From positions 1,043,835 through 1,107,834 of the forward strand of contig CM082588.2 in the NCBI GenBank assembly GCA_040954595.2: a DNA stretch of 64,000 nucleotides, written 5' to 3'. Below, piece by piece: positions 1 through 13,142 of the stretch. The notes under the pieces are model-generated. The model ran no database searches. It was not told the DNA's origin and saw nothing but the letters and a program-made list of their open reading frames with translations. A program made the translations under genes and the position numbers. The stretch is from Balanoglossus misakiensis (lineage: Eukaryota > Animalia > Hemichordata). Position 1 is the first letter of the stretch. Each line of letters begins with the position of its first letter.

Positions 1-148
1 GAATGAATATCCATGATAAAAATGGTAAAGAAATACATATACTTCATGTTTCTGTAGAGATGACTCCAATTTTCCAGTCTGGGAGTCGATAATAATGATT
101 TTAGGGTTAAACGGGTTACGGACAGAAATGTAATACATGCATACTTAC

Positions 149-2834
149 ATTTATCATTTCCAATATTATCTGTAAATTATTGGATTTGTTGACAAGTTGT
201 ACCTCCTCCAATAGGTAAAGAAATGATATCTTCATTTCTGTGTCGTTTGATAGCGACCTACTCCACCCATATTGTCTCCTGTCTATTGTCACGCGACCTG
301 GTTCGGGCTCAGTTGGAAACCTGGACGAAGCGGTACTGTCAGTTGGTACAAGGGTTGGAATTTTATTTGTCTGGAGCATTGCGTTTGTTGTCATGGCACG
401 GGTCCGTGATGATGAATCGTTGGCCTCTGATGATGTTTCATTAAATCCACTAGGCGTACCGGGTGCCGTGTTTGGTGTTATCGGTTCGACACTTGTTGCT
501 TCTGAAACAAAGCAAAAGACAGCAGCGCACCAAATTTGAGACTGTGCTTGTTTGCAGGAGTCACATTGTTTGAAAATTGTGGACCTCTTTCCCGAATGGT
601 AACCAATTAAAGGACATATGCTTTATTTTTAATCTCATAAGGCGTATTATTAATGTAGACTCCTTCGATTTAGCGTCTATCGCAGTTTGATGTTAATTTG
701 TAAGTATCACAAGATAGAGTAGACACATTTTTTCTGGCAATGTGTTGCATGTTCGAGATTTAGATGTCGTCGGAAGTTTTGTCTTACCTGCTTCAACAGC
801 CACCTTACAAATGTAAGGATTTCCCGCATCACAGTTATCGTCACGCCAAAGGTAATTTTCGGATTGTTTCAGATAAGCACACTGTTGTCCACGAGGATAA
901 CTGCCTTCCCAGTCCCAGTTGGTCCACGTGGCTGACACATCGCTAGAATTTGGATAGGACCAATTCCACGCGCCGTTCAGGTCTAGATCAGTCAGACCAA
1001 ACCAATAGTCGCTAGAACCCACCGTTGCGATAATCCTTTCTATGTACTGCTGCTCGGCAGCATCTAAAATATCTGTCAAGTAACCGCCATTTCGAAAAAT
1101 GGTGTTCTCGCACATATCTCTTGCTTCTGGCTGCCGGAGTTTGTGGCTTCTTGAAAAGAAGTAACAAGCTCCGTTATCAGGATTCAGAAACATATCTTGT
1201 CCGTTGCAATCAACTGCAATAGAAGATAGTAGAGAAGCATGACAAAACATTGCCATTGAAATTTGTTCTGTTTTTGAAGGATAGTACCATTACCTCCCAG
1301 TCAGCATCGATCGTAACAGACTCCAAACAATTATAAAACGAGTCTCGCTCCTTCTTTGAGACGCCATCCCCATATCCACATTCTATCTGACCCATCGAAG
1401 AAAATGTGAAATACTAGTGTCTATTGATCGCGAACAGATCGCGAACAAACCATCGCGCGCCCCTTTTCTGAGAAACATTTATGAATCCATTTAGAGTTTT
1501 GAAAGTTCATCTGCTCAATCAATTTTGTTTCCGTTGGAAACCCGATGAACGCAGATGGAAACGTTACAATGAGGTAAAAACCAGAATTTCCTATTTTCGG
1601 GGTCAATGGTTCGATTCCACGTCTCTATATTTATCAAAACCACAAAGGTGTATTTGTTTCAGGGGAAATTCAAAACCATTTTATTAGAGAATAAATCAGC
1701 GGGGTAGATATTCTTTATAAAGCATCATTTCTATAAAAAATGACCCCATTTTTGTCAGAAATTATGTGTAAGAAGATAATTAGAAGAAAACGACGAACAG
1801 TCACTCTTTGATGAAAACAATCATCACATAAATTTGGATTTGCAATTTCTGGTTACGCGGCTGTTATTACCAGATTGGAAAGAGCTTAAAAGCGACTCTC
1901 GCCTGCAGTACAAAAAATCACCGATATTAGAAACTGGAATCTTTTGTGTCAAGGGCGGAAGAAATGATTAGTTACCTCCTGGATCATCGGGTGACATATT
2001 TTGTGCTATTGAATATGACGGCTATGTGATACATGGACGAGTGTAAGCCTATACGATCCGATTGTGTGATTGCTTTGCGTTTCACCACCTGGATAGTCAG
2101 TGTAGGGTTTTGCAGAACTGAATCCTATGATTTACTGTGAAGTTTGAGCACTTACGGACGACAGTATTTAGTTACATTGCGCTAGCTGTGAATGGTACCT
2201 ATCGCTGCACATAGCGGTATTATTGTCTAGCCTTAACCATCTTCTTCCAATTCGTAAGAACATGTATTGGCGACCCACCCCCGTAAACTTAGAGAGTGTT
2301 ACTAAAATAAACGCCATTTCTGGCAACTTTGCCAGATATGGGCTTAGAAAGAGCCAAGCTACCAGTGATCATTGTTTGCTGTATAAAAAAAATAATGAAA
2401 GAAGTAAGCGATCTCGGCTTCGTCGTATCGAAACACGAAAGAAAAATTAACAGTTTAGGCAAAACTCATTGAAACACACATATACTGTAGTTCAACCATA
2501 ATAACATTTCTATTTAAAACTCAATCTCATTTTATCTATTCTCATTGGATTTGAAATCGTTAAATCAATCGACGTCATTCCGTAACATTTCAGTTTCTCA
2601 ATTTAATTTCAACAAAAGCAATTTAGAATGTTGATGGTCTGCGATAATTACAGATCAGACAATCAAACTGTCGATAATGGAACGAGATAGGATTTCTATT
2701 GCTGGTTAATATTTTTCTCGAAATGATACACAGTTCATAAAAAACGACTCACCTCCCAAAGCGCAGGACCAATTTTGCAAACTTGTTGTAAGAAGAATGT
2801 ACGTCAGTACCCAGGAATATATTTTGATAACCAT
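149..2834 (-). CDS. C-type lectin domain protein with signal peptide and mucin-like stalk; 5' part only, continues beyond the left edge
   Basis: Exon 2834-2753 encodes MVIKIYSWVLTYILLTTSLQNWSCALG (signal-peptide-like) and ends G|GTGAGT. Exon 1213-788 (ttgcag| ... G|GTAAGA, phase 1-1) encodes a CTLD: CYFFS..EARDMC..GGYLTDI..EQQYI..YWFGLTD..WNWS..WTNW..CAYL..WRDDNC..PYICK. Exon 501-149 (tttcag| ... |GTAAGT) encodes an S/T/P-rich stalk (EATSVEPITPNTAPGTPS...). Splice phases are mutually compatible. Confidence 0.85.
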
Positions 2835-5800
2835 CGTGTCCCTGATAAACACAAACACTGAGATAACAACGTTGACTCCTCTGTAAATATCTTCAACTTT
2901 CTACTGCTGCTCCGATGATGGGTTTAAAAGTACGACCAGTCATCCCTTGAAAACATCTTTACCATGAAAACAGCCGCTTTTGTTTCTATGGTGACCATGT
3001 AGAGAATCAGTCACATCGCCGACGCATTTAGATGGAATGTTCCATTTGGTTGGGTGGGTCACAGTGTGCCTTAATAGTACCATCTGCTCCCTGATACACA
3101 AACTTGTGCGTGTTGAACAAAAACGTAAACGACACATAGAAGTTGTCCACCCAAGATTATACACAGCAAGAGGAAAATCCAGAGGGTTGAATTGGTGTAA
3201 CACATGACCTCTTATCTGTATATCACTGTTTCATTGTGGATAAATTTCGGCCTGTCCAAGAAGATGTGAGGAGGGTATTGTTTGTGGTGTAAAGAGCTAT
3301 TAAACACACCATGGGTCTGTGAACGGGTTTGTTTGCAACCGATTGAGATTGACAGAATTGATATTCCCCGCCAAGTCGTGAAGTACCCACATCTCCGCTT
3401 TTAAATTGATAACAGAAAAAAATGTCAATGCTTATTCACTGATCGCGCACGACTCCCTTCTATGTTGCCGTTTCTTGATGATTTCCCCCAATTTATTCTC
3501 ATCTTTTGTGCACGGGGATCTGGACAGGCGCGATTCAGCATGACTTGGCGTAGGACACAGGATAGCATAGCCAAGCAATTGCTGTGCTTCTGAAAAGGGT
3601 GACGTCAAGTGTTTGACTTAGTGTCAAAACGCCCGCAAGCCTACAAGTCTACGAATAACCCAGAAAATTGTTGACAAACGCGAGAAGTAATTATTTGCAA
3701 TGAAGGCAAACCCTTTTAGTTTACCTGAAAGGTTTGCGTGCCGTGGCGCGCACAATTAATGTTATAGTTGGTAACAGACAGCCTTGCAAAGGTTAGATTC
3801 TCCCTGATTAATCGAATAGTTGCGCAAACCTGATAATAAGATTTCAAAATAAAATACATAACGACATCAAACAGGATGTAGCCGTGTTTCTAGTCGACCG
3901 GGAATCTATTAAAATATCGTTATTAGATTTCAATTGAAGATTATAAGTTTATCGGGCTAAGGTTGAAATCCCATGTGAATAAGATATTTCATAAATTCAA
4001 CAGTGGATTATGTCGGATACAATATTTGTCAGATACGTTTTTTCTACTCGCCCAAGAGCGAGAGGCCTACAGTGTTGGCTGGCATGCAACCTGATTTCAA
4101 TTGGCCTCAGAGGACATTTTATTTTACGTTTATTGAGCGAAGGGGTGGACTGTTTGATATACGGGAGGGCCCAGGAGCTGGAGCTGGAGAAAGAGAAGTT
4201 ATTCCAAAGTTCATACCATTTCTTCAAGCCCCCTCTCCATATCGATTGGGGTCATCCCTAATTAATTTTTACTTGGTATGTACTTAATCTAGAATCAGTT
4301 ATTGATTCTCAATTCAATTCACAACCGTAGCTCTTTCTAATATGATTTTACTGTGAGGATTTCAAGCGAGAACAAAATCATTCTTTATGTGCAACCATCT
4401 TGCGAAGATTACAAAACAATCTATTTGGTGTGTCTTCAATCCGCCGATAGTGTCTACAAAAAAGCCTCGTCTTTGGAACCTGTGTGCATAAGTGCTGTGC
4501 AAGTTTTCATCGCCATGGAGACGGGTTTCTGTGACAACAAGGAAAAACGGTGATTGCCTGCATGGTTTCAGCCAAATAGAAATCCTGCCACAGAAAACAC
4601 ACAACCAATCCGTAACACTGCAAATTCGTTAATCGCATTTTCTCTCGTTTTCCATTAACTCGCCATCACACCATGCCCTATAAAACGAGAATGGGAATGA
4701 GACCCAACCGTAGATTTTAGGGCGTTGCGTAGTGAGCTCAAGCCATGGGAATAACGATGTATTCTGAACTTCCTTTAATGCCGTATGCCCCTAATTTTTT
4801 TCTGCCTGTGCTTAAGAACAAGTGACAGCATAAGACTGTCTTCCATACGGAACATTTCGTGATTTTTAATATCAATTTGGAAAAGTGTGAACATTTTCTG
4901 TACGCCAGCCCTGTGTATGAATAGCTTTAGGTCATTGCTAGCTTGCGATATCCCTCTTCCAGATAAAAACAAATTTAAAGAAATAATGGCTGGCTGAGAT
5001 TGAAAGCGCAGCACAAATCAAACCATTCCCCAAATCATAGGCGTCAAAGATGATCGCAGTGACGTTCGGTGTTGATATCGGGCGCAGGTTAATGTATGAT
5101 TCGCAGGACAATAGCATACGGCCTTGTTGAGATTACAGTCCCTACTGCTGGAGGAAATTAAAAATCGCGATATTTCCGTTTCAATCATTAAGTGATTTTT
5201 TTCCATCCCGCGTACTTCACGAAATGATTTGGAAAATGCGTTTTAAGAGTTCCAGTTTCATCCCGCCGTTAAAATGTGAATGTTGATCATTTCCACGGAA
5301 ATCGGACGCGACAAGCAGTCAATCGGTTGTGAATGGTCTAAGAGAAAAATTTTCATGAGAGAAATAGAAGAGATGAAGTAAAAGAAACACACAGATTCGA
5401 AATGCCGTCAGAAATTCGATCAAGTTCGAAAATAGGCGTTATACTGTTGAAGACGACATCAATACTTGTGCCTAGTCGCCTGAATTGATTTTCTGTGGAA
5501 AATAATGGGAAATTGCGCAGCGATTCAGTCAATATCAGAAGTGCCAACTGTTCTTCGGAGATTCTACATACCTGATCAAAATCTATAAAAAGACTTTTGA
5601 ATCTCCCCATCTCCTTGGTGAAACAGGCGGTCCTGCTGAATGAAGTAATAATTAAGATTTTCCAACCCGAAAGTTAAAAAAGGAACCGAACTGTGGATTC
5701 AATATTCTTATTGAAAAACTTGACAGCATCATTTTATTGTTCTGCTTTTGCAGCTCCTGTACCGTGAAATATTGTGAACAATATCTTCATCAATTGACAG

Positions 5801-7255
5801 TCAACAGATATAGTCACAGAAATGTCTGACATACAGACTAAGTTCTATCAAAGGAAGAAGGGACAACCACAAACACAGCTTCAATCCAACAATCAGCGAA
5901 ATGCAACTTAAATTCCCGACGCCGGTGACGTCATCATGACGCATCTAAAATAGATTTCCTCAAAATAACTGGCAGGTAGATTAGCCACATAGTGTACGTC
6001 GTGTTGAACTCTGAACAGACCAATGTCGAAGGGAAGACTTCTCAAGGATAAGACATTTGATTAGGTTGAAAGTGAAACCCGTGATGGAAAAAATAACTAT
6101 ACTTTATTGTCGTCTGTTCTCCATTTCCTCTTATTCCCTTGATTAAACAAGTCTCGACCGTCAAAAAATAAAGTTGAAGGAAAGTCGCGTATCCTCCGGT
6201 ACTGAGCGGGCATGCCCGTAAACACGATTGCTTCAAAATAAGTGTACGTCATCAACTCAGAAAACTCCCATTTTAGCAGTTATTGACGCAAAAGCGTCCT
6301 CACCCATTTCCACGTGATTTCTTTCTGTACAGTTATCATATTTATGTCAATTTTGTCATTACTTCAGGATAAATTACACGTAAATGTGAAAATAGCTCGT
6401 ATTTTCGTTTCACTTCACTTCTGATCTCAAGATTGGTTACGAATGTGTTGTTCCCATAATCATTGAAAAGTTAAGTTTATTTGAAAACCAGGACGTTTCT
6501 TCATTTTTCTCCCTTTCTCCGGGATATGTACACGAAAGAGTGATGTCGCATCCTAAAGACCGCAGGGATGATTGACGAATGAATCGTAGTTCCAAAATTT
6601 GGCTCCCAATCCGTTTGTCACAAACGGCAGATCACCCCCGGGACGCTGTTGAACACAAATAATTGTGCTCGTAATAACCCTACTGCCAACATTACACGCG
6701 TGTGTCAGATAATGTCAAGCAATCGTGTGGTACTTGATTAAACGCCAACCAGTTTGCAATTACTTGACGGAAACTGTAATCAGTATGCGCAGATGTTAGA
6801 ATATTAAAACTTGGAAAGGTCGAATGCCAACTTTCTGTAATCATTTGTCGACAGACTGAGCCTGGCTTGATACTGACAGCTGTCTACCGATAGACAGTGT
6901 ACGCATCAGCAGCACGACTTCGCCTTTTCTAGGACCCTTGTACTTTTTCCTTCTTGAAACTACAAAGTCGACATCTTTTAATGGCAAAAGTTCTTGCTTG
7001 ACGAAGTCCTGAATAGTGATTTAATGATTCATCTGTGTGTCTGAGAAACGTACCTACGGTTTTATCAAACAGTACAGTAACCCCACATTTCTGGGAGGTT
7101 TAGTAATCAATGTAAACTCAATATACAATGTACCGCATTGCAGAAAAATCATTGTTCTCGCTATAAAAGATATTATATATAAGACTGATATATCTTAGAA
7201 CGTATCAGGGCGCCCTCTATAGTTATAAGCAGGATGCAAACATATGAGATTAAAA

Positions 7256-7828
7256 ATGGCAGCGCGCATGATAATACAATGTGACTGGGATGATGCTTTG
7301 AGGTAAGGATTGGTATCAGTAAAGTTTCCATCTTGTGAGTTTAGGGGTCTTCTCCACGTTTTCATGTATAAGGGGCGTGCGGGGATTTGTGGTACCTCAT
7401 TTATAAGCACACTATCATGGGTAACTCGCTAGCTGCTATGCTTTGCTAAAACATGACTAGCCGTGTCCTGAAGTAAATCGAGTGGTTACCCTGAATGACC
7501 CGGCGAGCGAGTGTCCGGCTGTGGCTGAAGTGCCGCCTCGTCCCCAACTCCGAGGCGTCACAGCCGTAGCCGGACACTTGTTTTGGACAATCTCATTCTC
7601 AGTAGGGGTGGTTTGGTCATCATGTTCTTTTAATTGTGTATTTCAGGGAGGCAGAGGGCCATGCCTGGATATCCTTCAATAAGATTGGTAAGTATCACCA
7701 TGGAGATATTGGGATAGTAGCTTAGGGGAGGGTGTGTGTGTGTGTGTAAATCCAACAGAAGTTGAGAACAGAACAAATATGGGCATTATGTTTCAATGAC
7801 TAACAAGATTCTGTCAAGATGCTGATGC

Positions 7829-7908
<80 letters not shown>

Positions 7909-9051
7909 ATGGTGGCGATGATGGTGGCGATGATGGTGATAATGGGCTTGTTGGTTATTCTGTAGGCCACCCGAGTGTTCATGGAGAACTGAAGTCACAA
8001 GGCCTCAACTCGGACAATATTCCTGTTGTTGTGGGATCTGAAGGGTTTCAAGTTGGTGAAGTTACTGAGGTATGGTCAGGGATTTTCTTTGAATTGTCAT
8101 GAAATTGTATGTTTTCTGTAACCATATTCCACCACTATGATTCAGTTCCAATCCATTCTTTCTGATTGGTTCTATAGTCACTTGCAAATTTTTACTCAAG
8201 AAGTACTGATACTGATAATGTTTGTTAATGTTTGCCATGGGTCTTCTTTTCTCAGAGGTCATTGATGGTGTCATATCCAGATGAGCCAATCACAGCCAAG
8301 TTTGTCTCCCCAAGTAAATGTTACCGTGGGTTACACCAGAAAAGCGTAAGCTACCTTAGATATTTTCACAAGTGCCACCAATATGTCTTGAAGTCTGTCT
8401 CAGTGGATCAGAAAGAAAATAATGTAAAGTTTTTTATTTCCTTGATAGATCGTCAGTCTTGATATTTCTTCTGGAGGTGCTCTGGGAGTTTCTGCTGCAG
8501 GAGATGATGGACGTTTGTTGGTGTGGCAGACCAGTGATGGCGCAGTTCGGGTGAGTCTTCAATTTGACCAAGCTACCACTGGTGGCGCTGTTCAGGTGCC
8601 AAATATGCTGAATCACAGTCTTTGAGGAGGACTTTGCAGACACTTAAAATTGCAGTGCTGCTCTCAGGGCAGCCAAGCATGTACACAACATTCAATGACG
8701 TCACAAATTATTCAATAAAAGTCCCGCATATTAGTGCCCTAAAACTGCCAATGGCTGGACCCAAGCTTCTGCAGATTCCCCTGACAGAACCATCTTTGCT
8801 AGTTATTAAATAAATGAAGCCTAAAAGAATGCTCAGGTTTTGAGAGAATGGTTCATGTTTCTATCAATTTCCTTTTCTGTTGTTTTCAGAGAGAACTAAA
8901 AGGTCACGTTGGAGATGTGAATTGTTGTAGTTTCTTCCCATCTGGAATTGTTGTTGTCAGTGGAGGGTCAGATATGCAGGTGAAGATTTGGTCTGTTGAA
9001 GATGGTAGTTGTCCTGTCACTTTGAAGGGCCATACTGCAGGTGGGTCTCAT

Positions 9052-9088
<37 letters not shown>

Positions 9089-12000
9089 TACGTATTGCAG
9101 TTAAAGGTATACAGTCACCTCAAAATTACATACGCCCATATATGGCTGAAATGGCGTATTTGAGGGTTCTAAAGAACATATGGTGGCGCTGTTTTTTTGC
9201 GTGTGCCACCCACTGAAAATCTGTGATTGGCTTGATCCCAATTTGCCATGGTTACTATTGCTAATTTTCCATAGGTGACCGTATACCTTTAGAGCCTGCT
9301 TATCTTTTTGTATTTTTTCAGTATGATGATTTTTAAATCAAAAGCACTGTGAAGCTGTGATTATAGCTGGATATTTGTGCATTATATTCCTGCAGGTGTC
9401 ACAGACACAGCCATTATCGACAGAGGTCGGAATATTGTTTCTTGTAGTCGTGATGGAACAGCCAAACTCTGGGACTGTGGAGAGTCTACCTGTCTGGCGA
9501 CGGTGGTGCAATGTGACTGTTATATCAACGGATGTGATCTTGGTGTTGCTAATAATTCCGTCAATCTAGGAAGTCCACAAAGTTCAGCCAGTAAGTTGGT
9601 GCTAGTTTGTAATTCCCACAAGATTTGCATGCTAAATATTTTTGTGATGGTCGATTTAGAAGGCCTGCTATTTGAGCTGGTATATTGTTCTTGTAGGTGA
9701 AAGAGAAATAGGTACAGAGGGGAAGATTTTATTGCTGGCAAGAGAAGATGGAACTCTTCAAGGAATAGGTTTACATAGTAGACAGTCGGTAAGATTAAAA
9801 TGTAAACTTTTTTGTGTTCAGTTTCAAAAAAGACTGCTAAGCCAAACAACTAATGGGCTTTATCAACAGCAACTTAATGTAATTTCTATTTGTAGCAAAA
9901 GATACTGAGATATTTTTGCCGTTCCTGATCTTTTTTGGCAGATATTTGAATTTTCTGGTTCAGCAGCGTTTAATTGTTGTGCAGTGTTGTCGTCGACTCA
10001 TATGATTGGTGGAACACAAGATGGCAACATTTACATCCTGGACATTAGGAACCCCAGGTACTTTGAAATAATTTTTTTTTAAATTTTGTTTTGGGGGCTC
10101 TCACTGGTAAGGCTTCATGAAGAAATATTGGGACAGGGCAATGAAGAGAAAGGTGTAGAATGTTTGTGATGTAGAGGGCGCTGTTTTTTTCTTTTTTTTC
10201 AGTGTCCCCTACAAAGTAATACAAAAGTCAAGGTCGCCAGTGCTGTGCCTATCAAGTTACAACAATGGTTTTATTGCAAGCACAGGTAAGATTGACGGGT
10301 TGTTTTTCAAGGTTAGGTCAAAGGTCGCACGCTGTACGTACACGTGGAAACAGGTCAGGGTGAACATGTACAAGGATTGTTAAAGTCCCTCAAGCAGCAA
10401 GTTAGCAGTTATAATTTTACTTTTAAACTAAAAGCAGTCCATGAAAATGTACTTACTGTGGGTTTTGTGTAAAAAAGTACACCTGGCTTAGACTAAGTTT
10501 TAAGATTAAAATAAATGGGTTGCCCATTCAAATATGGCTGCTTCTATGCAAATAGCAGAAGATGGTGGACAAGGTGCTTTTTCCTTTGAAGTCTTCTCAA
10601 CCCAATCAAAACGTTCATTATAGAAGACTATGCAGAATTTGTACCAAAAGCGTTGAGTAAGCTGCTTTCTGATTGGTTCAGTGGTTCACTTCGAAAAGTT
10701 CGTCTATGGCACAGGTTCAGATGTAGAGAGGGAGAATTCAAAGAACATAATGCCACCGACCACACACAAATAAAATGCAACATAACTTTCTCTGTTGTCA
10801 TCTTGAAGTATATATTGCTTGAAATTTTAAGAAAGCATTTCCGTTGCTGCTTAACTTCTTCTCAGTGGTGTGACCTAGATAATGACATCACCAGCTTCAA
10901 CTGTTGATTCAGTATGCGGAAAAAACCTTGATAAAATCCATCTACATCTGTAGGCGGTTCTTTAGATATGTTATTGATGAGTCGACGTGTCCAGTGTAGT
11001 TTCATTCTATCAGAGTTCATGCACTGTTGCTGACACAGATTTTCTTTTGAAGTTCATGACGTCAGTTTGTGATTCAGTATTTATGACACTGATGTGGATT
11101 TGAAATGTTTGCTGAAAGTGAAACCAAGAGAAATGATGATCTGTTACCATTGAGATGTCTACATCTAGGTTAAAGTGACATTGTTGGAATTCATTAACTG
11201 TTGTATTTTATAATAATGATCCAAAGTTCGTGTGTTAACTTTTGCCCCTGGGTGTAACTGGCTGCATATTTTATACATGATTACACACATGACCAGTTTG
11301 AATAATCAGTCTGTCTTTATTTCTTTTCACTTCTTGTTCTTGGAAGTTTTTAGACTTGATTTGTGCAGAAAAATATTGTCTTTCACTCCTGTGGTCTCTC
11401 TCTCTGTGGACTATGTGCACTACTGCTTGAAATGCTTGGATTTCCATGGTAACTGCGGCACCCATATCCACTAACATTCAATTTTAGTCCATCTTTGGGA
11501 TGAAGTCTGGTTTCACAGTACTTTTAAGTTCATTCTGAATGTTTACACTCGACTGCAACACCATGTAGGATATAATGATGACATTCACACAAAAACTGTG
11601 GTTTTTTTTTACTCAACATCAGAAGTTACACGCTTTGTTTCGTGAACCTCTACACGTAGACCCAGTTCAGTTCAGGTGAAACTCTCATAATCAGATGCAT
11701 CTATGTCAATGACAACACTATCGTCATTCGAGACATGCCCCACTGCATTGTGGGATATGGTTACAGGGTCACCTAAGGTCAAGGCATTTGTCTTATAGGT
11801 TGCAGAGACATCATTGGTTGGGTGTACATAGATTCATTATAAATCAGCCGTGTACTCTTCCGTTTTCAAGGTTGTCAGACCGAACCATTTGATATCAGGG
11901 GTGTGCTGCACAGCAGACACCCTGCGAAAATGTCTTCCTGTTATTCCAAAAAAGAGAGACTATAAAATATGATATTAATAGCTATTAATCAATTATTAAT

Positions 12001-13053
12001 TATGTCGCAAATGCTGGTCGTAGCCGACTTAAGATTAAACCCAAAATAAAAAGCTGCATGAGTCTATTGACTCTTGTTGTTCCTTTACTGCAACAATGGT
12101 TGATAGGTGCTGCAGCAGTGTTGCAGTGCATTGCTGTTGCTGAATTTGTGATTCTGTTCTGTTCTAAATGCAAGTTGGAGGGGATTGCTGAATATGCTAT
12201 TCTATCACTTGAGAAGTGTCATTAACTTTTGCTGTTTTCCAACTGCAACATAGTTGCTTTAATTTGCCCACAGACCATCAAGAAGACCTGTCTGTGCTGC
12301 AACATTGCTGTCTGTCATGAAACTTTAAATACTGTGGTGCTGTCATAGCTGCTGCATTTCTGGGTATGCAACTCTTCTGCCTGTATTAAATTTTCACTTG
12401 GTTCGGCCATTGTAGGAAGGATGAATGACTTCATAGGCAATTTTCTTGTTCTAGAAGTTTCAGTTTGTTGAGTTAAAAGTACTCAGTGATGTACAAGCTA
12501 TAAAAGTACGGTCTATTACGTGCTGTAGAAGACAAGGTGTCAAAAATGCACTAATCCTGACATGATTTATATGAAGACGACCACAGTTAAGGGGTTATGG
12601 TTAACCGCAACCCCTTTATAGTGTTATTTAGTATTAAGAAACTGTTAATGGTTGGTCATGTCATACTCAGATGTTTCTATAAACCTCAATGGCTTACAAG
12701 TAGCTGTGTTTAATGTTGCTGATGCGTGTCATCAATAAAACATGTCAGTTGTAATTTGATATTAATATTAGTCAAGTTCACATTCATGGAATTTAGAAAA
12801 AAATGTTTTGGTACAGAAATTTTGTGGAAAGGTTTGGATTCCATGGTGCTTTGTGAGTGTCCTAGATTCAGGGCACTGTGGGACAGCTGTTCATATGTTT
12901 CAGCATATGCCATTGAACTGTGTACATAATGTCTTCTGTAGTCTGAGATCTGATAAACAGACTGGTCGACCAGTGGTGTGAACTAAAGCCTAGCCATCAC
13001 TTTTGTCATAATTCATCTTTAGTATTGTGTTACCCTGATCTCAAACTCAGCAT

Positions 13054-13142
<89 letters not shown>

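Noticed and set aside
1975-2090. Extra coding exon of the lectin gene
   Set aside because: It has splice-like ends but an in-frame TAG in the required phase. Exons 2834-2753 and 1213-788 join correctly without it.
5353-5640. 85-aa minus-strand ORF with an internal donor-like site
   Set aside because: No recognisable protein similarity. At most a non-coding upstream exon, which cannot be supported from sequence alone.
7786-7998. Poly-His/Gln and poly-Ile/Ser ORFs on the minus strand
   Set aside because: They are translations of an intronic trinucleotide microsatellite in PAAF1 intron 2.
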